Positions 61,601-64,000 of a DNA stretch of 64,000 nt are shown here, in pieces; the first letter of the stretch is position 1, and each line of letters opens with the position of its first letter. This DNA is from Felis catus (taxonomy: Eukaryota). Location of the stretch: positions 19,592,001 through 19,656,000 of the forward strand of contig NC_058384.1 of the NCBI RefSeq assembly GCF_018350175.1. Reading direction: 5' to 3'. Below the pieces are notes generated by a model, which saw only the letters and a program-made list of their open reading frames with translations, was not told where the DNA came from and made no database searches. The position numbers were made by a program, and so were the translations under genes.

Positions 61601-62525
61601 CTATGTTATCAATCAGGATTCACGAACAGGAATTCCAGATTCTCCTAGCATTACCTCACGGGGACCTCTTCATTCTGAACTTGGAGACTACAAGCTTCTA
61701 CCTGCTTTCTCTCAGGTCAATTTCATTTTTTAAAATGTTCCCATTTATTCATCCCATGCATATTTTTTCTGTATGCCAGTCACACCCTGAGTACTGCTCT
61801 AGGCACTGAGTCTCTTCTTGGTGCTGGTGGTGTCAGTGCAAACAACACTGAGAAGTGTTTACAAGGAACTCTAAGACGAACTTTTCCATAATCTACCAAT
61901 ATTGCCTTTTGCCATCCCCGAGTCAAAGGGTCTCATCTGCTATCTTGGATCCACGATTCTCTCTACTTTCAGCCCTGGCCCCAACACCCAGTCACGCTGT
62001 GATTGCCTCTTTAAGAAGCCCCACCAGAGAACAAAAAGGAGGGAAGTACTATTTCCAGTTACCTAAATCCAATTTGGGAGGGGAAAGTGTTTGGCAAAGT
62101 CAATGTAACAGGGTGGAGAAGGAAAAAGAAGAAAAAGAGGAAGAGTAAAAGGAAAAGGAAGAAGGAAGAGAACGATCTACTGAGAAGCACGTAGGAGAGC
62201 TGGGTGAACTCCAAGCGTGAGAGCCATACCTTGAATACAACTGACGGGGATAACCACCTTCATAATAGTCAACTCCCAAAACAGGCTGACGCCTTTCCCC
62301 AGGCCTGGATGCATAATGGGGCTGCTGGTGGTCCGTCCTGGGGTCCTGCTGCGGCTGGGGGCTCCTGTGCGTGTCTTGCCACTGATGGTACCTCTCTCCA
62401 TTGTACCAAGAGCAAGGAACGGGCCGATGGTTTCCATCTCTCTGAAGCCCTCGGTCTGGATCCTTTGATGGTGCTGTGGGCCTCCCCCATGGCTGAGGTG
62501 GCCACTGAGGAGCCCAAAATTCCAT
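24617..62525 (-). CDS. SEC16B: SEC16B (protein transport protein Sec16B, RGPR-p117); spliced gene span, 25 coding exons (24 visible, 1 in gap), about 1047 aa
   Basis: Exon translations match recalled human SEC16B throughout (MEFWAPQ..., [69 protein letters not shown]); splice sites and phases are consistent. Confidence 0.97.
25080..25300 (-). mobile_element. MIR
   Basis: tttaatcctcac...ccccactttatagatgcagaaactgaggcttacagag. Confidence 0.75.
25327..25425 (-). CDS. SEC16B: SEC16B coding exon 24 ([33 protein letters not shown])
   Basis: tcacag acceptor, CAG|gtaagg donor, 99 nt. Confidence 0.94.
25777..25998 (+). mobile_element. Can-SINE
   Basis: Head, (CT)n, A tail. Confidence 0.9.
26090..27243 (+). 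mobile_element. MLT1B-like LTR interrupted by four Can-SINEs (26175-26384 minus; 26414-26520, 26523-26740 and 26751-26932 plus)
   Basis: LTR 5' part (gttgaaattctaaccc...gtatttgga...taaagaggtgattaag) and 3' part (cagcctccagaaccgtgag...tttgttacggtggccctagcaaact) flank the SINE cluster. Confidence 0.8.
27367..27446 (-). CDS. SEC16B: SEC16B coding exon 23 ([27 protein letters not shown])
   Basis: tcttctag acceptor, GAG|gtgagc donor, 80 nt. Confidence 0.9.
27576..27681 (-). CDS. SEC16B: SEC16B coding exon 22 ([17 protein letters not shown]...FSGAT)
   Basis: aaacag acceptor, AG|gtaccg donor, 106 nt. Confidence 0.88.
28016..28111 (-). CDS. SEC16B: SEC16B coding exon 21 ([14 protein letters not shown]...DSPDSE)
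   Basis: cccttccag acceptor, GAG|gtgagc donor, 96 nt; conserved GWFSWF motif. Confidence 0.95.
28283..28435 (-). CDS. SEC16B: SEC16B coding exon 20 ([14 protein letters not shown]...KENTK)
   Basis: ttctag acceptor, AAG|gtggcg donor, 153 nt. Confidence 0.93.
28900..29195 (-). mobile_element. L1MB-like LINE 3' end
   Basis: tacaattcagtg...tacattcaca...ttccagaacat...aacagaaactctgtgcccattaa. Confidence 0.8.
29290..29490 (-). mobile_element. MIR
   Basis: ttctaagcactttacata...tcatttaatcctta...gagaaaactaagacacaga. Confidence 0.75.
30167..30366 (+). mobile_element. Can-SINE
   Basis: Head and tail; TSD at(c/t)atttatg. Confidence 0.88.
30848..31070 (+). mobile_element. Can-SINE
   Basis: TSD taaagaaataa(a/g)catca. 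Confidence 0.93.
31433..31497 (-). CDS. SEC16B: SEC16B coding exon 19 ([22 protein letters not shown])
   Basis: gacag acceptor, CAG|gtgaga donor, 65 nt, phase 1 to 0. Confidence 0.87.
32235..32534 (-). CDS. SEC16B: SEC16B coding exon 18 ([10 protein letters not shown]...QIYPPP)
   Basis: tccttag acceptor, G|gtaaga donor, 300 nt. Confidence 0.92.
33840..33912 (-). CDS. SEC16B: SEC16B coding exon 17 ([24 protein letters not shown])
   Basis: tttaatag|CAG|AAG tandem acceptor, G|gtatcc donor, 73 nt from the first AG. Confidence 0.85.
33993..34222 (+). mobile_element. Can-SINE
   Basis: TSD aaaattaagtcaa; 80 nt from the exon 17 acceptor. Confidence 0.92.
34943..35053 (-). CDS. SEC16B: SEC16B coding exon 16 ([14 protein letters not shown]...LKELA)
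   Basis: gcacag acceptor, GCG|gtgagc donor, 111 nt. Confidence 0.92.
35330..35455 (+). mobile_element. MER5-family fragment
   Basis: gcttctcaag...aatcacctgg...tgctaaaatgctaattc...ggggtggggccagca. Confidence 0.55.
36089..36229 (-). CDS. SEC16B: SEC16B coding exon 15 ([15 protein letters not shown]...LLVELIK)
   Basis: ctccacag acceptor, AAG|gtgagt donor, 141 nt. Confidence 0.95.
37300..37863. promoter_or_regulatory. CpG/GC-rich intronic segment with GC box (37513-37520), CCAAT (37628-37632) and G4 motif (37391-37414)
   Basis: Motifs seen directly; function is inferred. Confidence 0.35.
37864..38003 (-). other. SEC16B: N-gap inferred to contain SEC16B coding exon 14 (about 106 nt; human [35 protein letters not shown])
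   Basis: Phase mismatch between exons 13 and 15; a minus-strand pyrimidine tract (ctcaatttcttttattgttatt) runs into the gap; the exon is not visible elsewhere. Confidence 0.75.
38830..39045 (+). mobile_element. MIR
   Basis: actagctgtgctatcttagataagttatttaacctctctgtgccttggtttcc. Confidence 0.75.
39169..39374 (+). mobile_element. Can-SINE
   Basis: TSD aagatcc(t/g)tc(c/t)gtgtgaaa. Confidence 0.9.
39900..40011 (-). CDS. SEC16B: SEC16B coding exon 13 ([37 protein letters not shown])
   Basis: ctcctgcag acceptor, AG|gtaggg donor, 112 nt. Confidence 0.95.
41212..41329 (-). CDS. SEC16B: SEC16B coding exon 12 ([21 protein letters not shown]...MGDTL)
   Basis: cttccag acceptor, G|gtaagc donor, 118 nt. 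Confidence 0.95.
41507..41618 (+). mobile_element. Can-SINE (runs into N-gap)
   Basis: ggggctcctgggtggctcagtcggttaag head. Confidence 0.88.
42602..42637. repeat. (CA)n microsatellite
   Basis: Seen directly. Confidence 0.95.
44630..44900 (+). mobile_element. Ancient L1/HAL1 ORF1-region relic
   Basis: Fragments translate to [18 protein letters not shown] and GTIKLASDL, resembling the L1 ORF1p C-terminal half. Confidence 0.55.
45331..45412 (-). CDS. SEC16B: SEC16B coding exon 11 ([27 protein letters not shown])
   Basis: ctccgcag acceptor, ACG|gtattc donor, 82 nt. Confidence 0.95.
47321..47418 (-). CDS. SEC16B: SEC16B coding exon 10 ([33 protein letters not shown])
   Basis: ttttcag acceptor, GG|gtgagc donor, 98 nt. 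Confidence 0.95.
47826..48235 (+). mobile_element. Old MLT1-family LTR
   Basis: Begins tgtggcagaga; internal catttt(c)cc...gtgactgagtt; ends tttgcatagcag...cctaata. Confidence 0.6.
48648..48898 (-). mobile_element. Can-SINE
   Basis: TSD cacaacagtattttttt. Confidence 0.9.
49387..49620 (+). mobile_element. Can-SINE
   Basis: TSD taaata(c/t)ttgctttt; follows a MIR fragment. Confidence 0.93.
49966..50184 (-). mobile_element. Can-SINE (young SINEC_Fc)
   Basis: Near-identical to 50728-50954. Confidence 0.94.
50469..50698 (+). mobile_element. Can-SINE
   Basis: TSD aattcacagatta. Confidence 0.92.
50728..50954 (-). mobile_element. Can-SINE (young SINEC_Fc)
   Basis: TSD tcaacttcattta. Confidence 0.94.
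51421..51970 (+). mobile_element. MER58B-like hAT-Charlie transposon with a Can-SINE (51549-51760, plus) inserted
   Basis: ggccaaattcagcccactgcc...actaagaat...cacagccacacccattcattta...tttacagaaaa; SINE TSD gataacac. Confidence 0.8.
52033..52173 (+). mobile_element. Short, older Can-SINE
   Basis: gggagcgcctggctggttcagtc...gtagagcttacttaaaat. Confidence 0.8.
53116..53307 (-). mobile_element. Can-SINE
   Basis: Reverse-complement head gagccacccaggcgcccc; TSD agatgtta. Confidence 0.9.
53459..53690 (+). mobile_element. Can-SINE (young SINEC_Fc), about 30 nt from the exon 9 donor
   Basis: TSD aaacaagcatgga; long intact A tail. Confidence 0.94.
53719..53949 (-). CDS. SEC16B: SEC16B coding exon 9 ([11 protein letters not shown]...YYGRKK), GC donor
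   Basis: cctcgcag acceptor; the frame requires donor AAG|gcaggt; 231 nt. Confidence 0.92.
54417..54552 (-). CDS. SEC16B: SEC16B coding exon 8 ([15 protein letters not shown]...LLCRQNG)
   Basis: ctccatag acceptor, GGG|gtaaag donor, 136 nt. Confidence 0.95.
55850..55911 (-). CDS. SEC16B: SEC16B coding exon 7 ([21 protein letters not shown])
   Basis: ttgttccag acceptor, AG|gtaaat donor, 62 nt. Confidence 0.93.
56273..56424 (-). CDS. SEC16B: SEC16B coding exon 6 ([30 protein letters not shown]...LHSME)
   Basis: ggtcag acceptor, GAG|gtaaac donor, 152 nt; start of the Sec16 conserved central domain. Confidence 0.93.
56569..56799 (+). mobile_element. Can-SINE with (GAA)n tail
   Basis: TSD agaagaagccca. 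Confidence 0.9.
57324..57468 (-). CDS. SEC16B: SEC16B coding exon 5 ([27 protein letters not shown]...AWSPIQA)
   Basis: cttccag acceptor, G|gtgggt donor, 145 nt. Confidence 0.93.
57721..57946 (+). mobile_element. Two tandem Can-SINEs (57721-57826 short and old; 57827-57946 runs into gap)
   Basis: Two consecutive heads. Confidence 0.85.
58581..58616. repeat. (CA)n microsatellite
   Basis: Seen directly. Confidence 0.95.
58819..58927 (-). CDS. SEC16B: SEC16B coding exon 4 ([13 protein letters not shown]...TQKNE)
   Basis: ttttctgtag acceptor, GAG|gtaatc donor, 109 nt. Confidence 0.92.
59671..59761 (-). CDS. SEC16B: SEC16B coding exon 3 ([30 protein letters not shown])
   Basis: tgcag acceptor, CT|gtaagt donor, 91 nt, phase 1 to 2. 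Confidence 0.9.
60531..60643 (-). CDS. SEC16B: SEC16B coding exon 2 ([37 protein letters not shown])
   Basis: attttag acceptor, G|gtatgg donor, 113 nt, phase 2 to 1. Confidence 0.93.
60979..61095 (+). mobile_element. Can-SINE (runs into N-gap)
   Basis: ggcacctgggtggctcagtcagttaag head. Confidence 0.88.
62230..62525 (-). CDS. SEC16B: SEC16B coding exon 1 (MEFWAPQ...QLYSR); 58 nt of 5' UTR extends the exon to 62583
   Basis: Strong Kozak AGGATGG; acceptor poly-T...tctgcag before 62583; donor AG|gtatgg. Confidence 0.95.
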
Positions 62526-62806
62526 CCTTGACCCTCAGAATTTCCCTCGTGTTTTTATTCAGTTATGTAATTATTTTCTGTTCCTGCAGACAAAAAAAAA
62601 AAAAAAATCATCATTTTAGGCTTATATCCAAACATGATGATTGATTAGGTTTTCTGAATAAAGCATCTACAGTCCTCAAAATCTTTTATCTGAAACAAAA
62701 CACCTGGGCAGTGATATAGAGATATCTGGGGGAAAATCTCAAGCAGACACATGAAATAAATAACAGGCTAGACAATTATACTGATGTTGCTTTAAAAATT
62801 AAAAAG

Positions 62807-63054
62807 AGGGGCGCCTGGGTGGCTCAGTCGGTTGGGCGTCCGACTTCAGCTCAGGTCACAATCTCGCGGTCCGTGAGTTCGAGCCCCGCGTCGGGCTCTG
62901 GGCTGATGGCTCAGAGCCTGGAACCTGTTTCCGATTCTGTGTCTCCCTCTGTCTCTGCCCCTCCCCCGTTCATGCTCTGTCTCTCTCTGTCCCAAAAATA
63001 AATAAAAACGTTAAAAAAATTTTTTTTAATAATAAAAAAATAAAAATTAAAAAG
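62807..63054 (+). mobile_element. Can-SINE (young SINEC_Fc)
   Basis: TSD taaaaattaaaaaga. Confidence 0.93.
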
Positions 63055-63224
63055 AATATTTGGAGCAACAAGAGGTGTAGGAGGCAGGAGAGACAGAGAA
63101 CAGTCATAGATAAAGCTCCAAAACATCATCAAAGTATCCCAACTAAATACATGTTTGTTCATTTATCCCCACCAGCAATTATTCATTCAACAATTACCGT
63201 GGAGGTCCCCTGCTATCAGAGAAA

Positions 63225-63430
63225 TGAGTGCGCATAGAGACAGGCCAGAGTTTAAATCCTAACTCTGCCACCTATTAGCTAGTTCATTTTTTTCAAGCTT
63301 CAGTTTCCTTGAGAAATGGAATGGGGACCGTAACGACTCATTTGCAGGGTTACTGTCAGAGTCAGTGACAACTTATGAAAAGTACCCAACACACTGCCTC
63401 GTATACAGTAATTGTTCAATGAAACAAGTA
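63225..63430 (+). mobile_element. MIR
   Basis: tttaaatcctaactctgccacctattagct...cagtttcct...gcagggttactgtcag. Confidence 0.65.
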
Positions 63431-64000
63431 GCTAGTGTCTGGTATCAGAGATAACATTAGGGCAGTATGAATGGATGCAGACATTTCCTAAACAAAAAGA
63501 AGCTTAAAGGGATCTCAAGAGACATCTTTTCCGAATCCTTAAATTAACCTCTTAGAAGAACTGGGCCCTATGATATGGCCCTGCCTGCCCTTCCTCTCAG
63601 GGAGACGAGTTTGGGATTGCTTTCATGGCAAGCCAGAAAGCCATGTCTCAGTGATCTTCCTGGCTGGAGACTTTTAAATCTGGAGGTCTCCTAGCATCAA
63701 ACTAATTTTCCCAACTTATCCTTCAAAATGAGAAATGGCTCTGAAGACATACTGCCTTCCAAGTTCCTCCACCCCGTGTCACGGAGAAGAACCTGTATCC
63801 AGCTGCCTCCAAAGAGAAAGCACGTGTCAGCCCTTACTGGTGACTTGGGGATTCTCTTATGGAAGGAGGATATATTACCTCAATCAGACCTCATTTTTTC
63901 TCTCCTGGGAACTGTTTTAGGTTGAAAGACTTGGATCAAATATGGTTAATTTGCTCCCACTCCTGAAACTCCCAGCCTAATATAAAAAAAAAAAAAATCA

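Noticed and set aside
24617-62525. SEC16B as a pseudogene
   Set aside because: All visible exons are open with intact splice sites; the only phase break coincides with an N-gap.
63055-64000. SEC16B exon 1 and promoter
   Set aside because: No convincing first exon or promoter is seen; probably beyond the window edge.
1-64000. CRISPR array, prophage, operon or horizontally acquired cassette
   Set aside because: No regularly spaced repeats, long ORFs or compositional island; the window is explained by one mammalian gene plus known repeat classes.

Overview
Mammalian genomic DNA from a felid (cat family), judged from about 32 SINEC_Fc-type Can-SINEs. The right two-thirds carries the minus-strand gene SEC16B, a COPII/ER-exit-site scaffold, from ATG 62525 to TGA 24617. 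I traced 24 coding exons with consistent splice phases. One more required exon is hidden in an N-gap (37864-38003), giving about 1047 aa in total. The non-coding first exon and promoter appear to lie beyond the right edge. Positions 1-23.9 kb are gene-free downstream DNA with old repeats (MER20 inside MER33, MER5A inside an MLT1 LTR, MIR, L2) and a few candidate regulatory blocks. I found no evidence of a new multi-gene system. The most interesting signal is a splicing and SINE configuration at coding exon 9. A weak GC donor is followed within about 30 nt by an antisense young Can-SINE. Read-through of that SINE adds a 19-residue hydrophobic tail and a stop, and a sense SINE further on supplies AATAAA, all inside an intron with nine mixed-orientation SINEs. 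Other points are an in-frame 30-nt exon shortening relative to human, a stop-free in-frame intron, a triple tandem acceptor and a CpG-rich intragenic promoter-like segment. Comparisons to human SEC16B and to repeat consensus sequences are from memory, and repeat boundaries are approximate.
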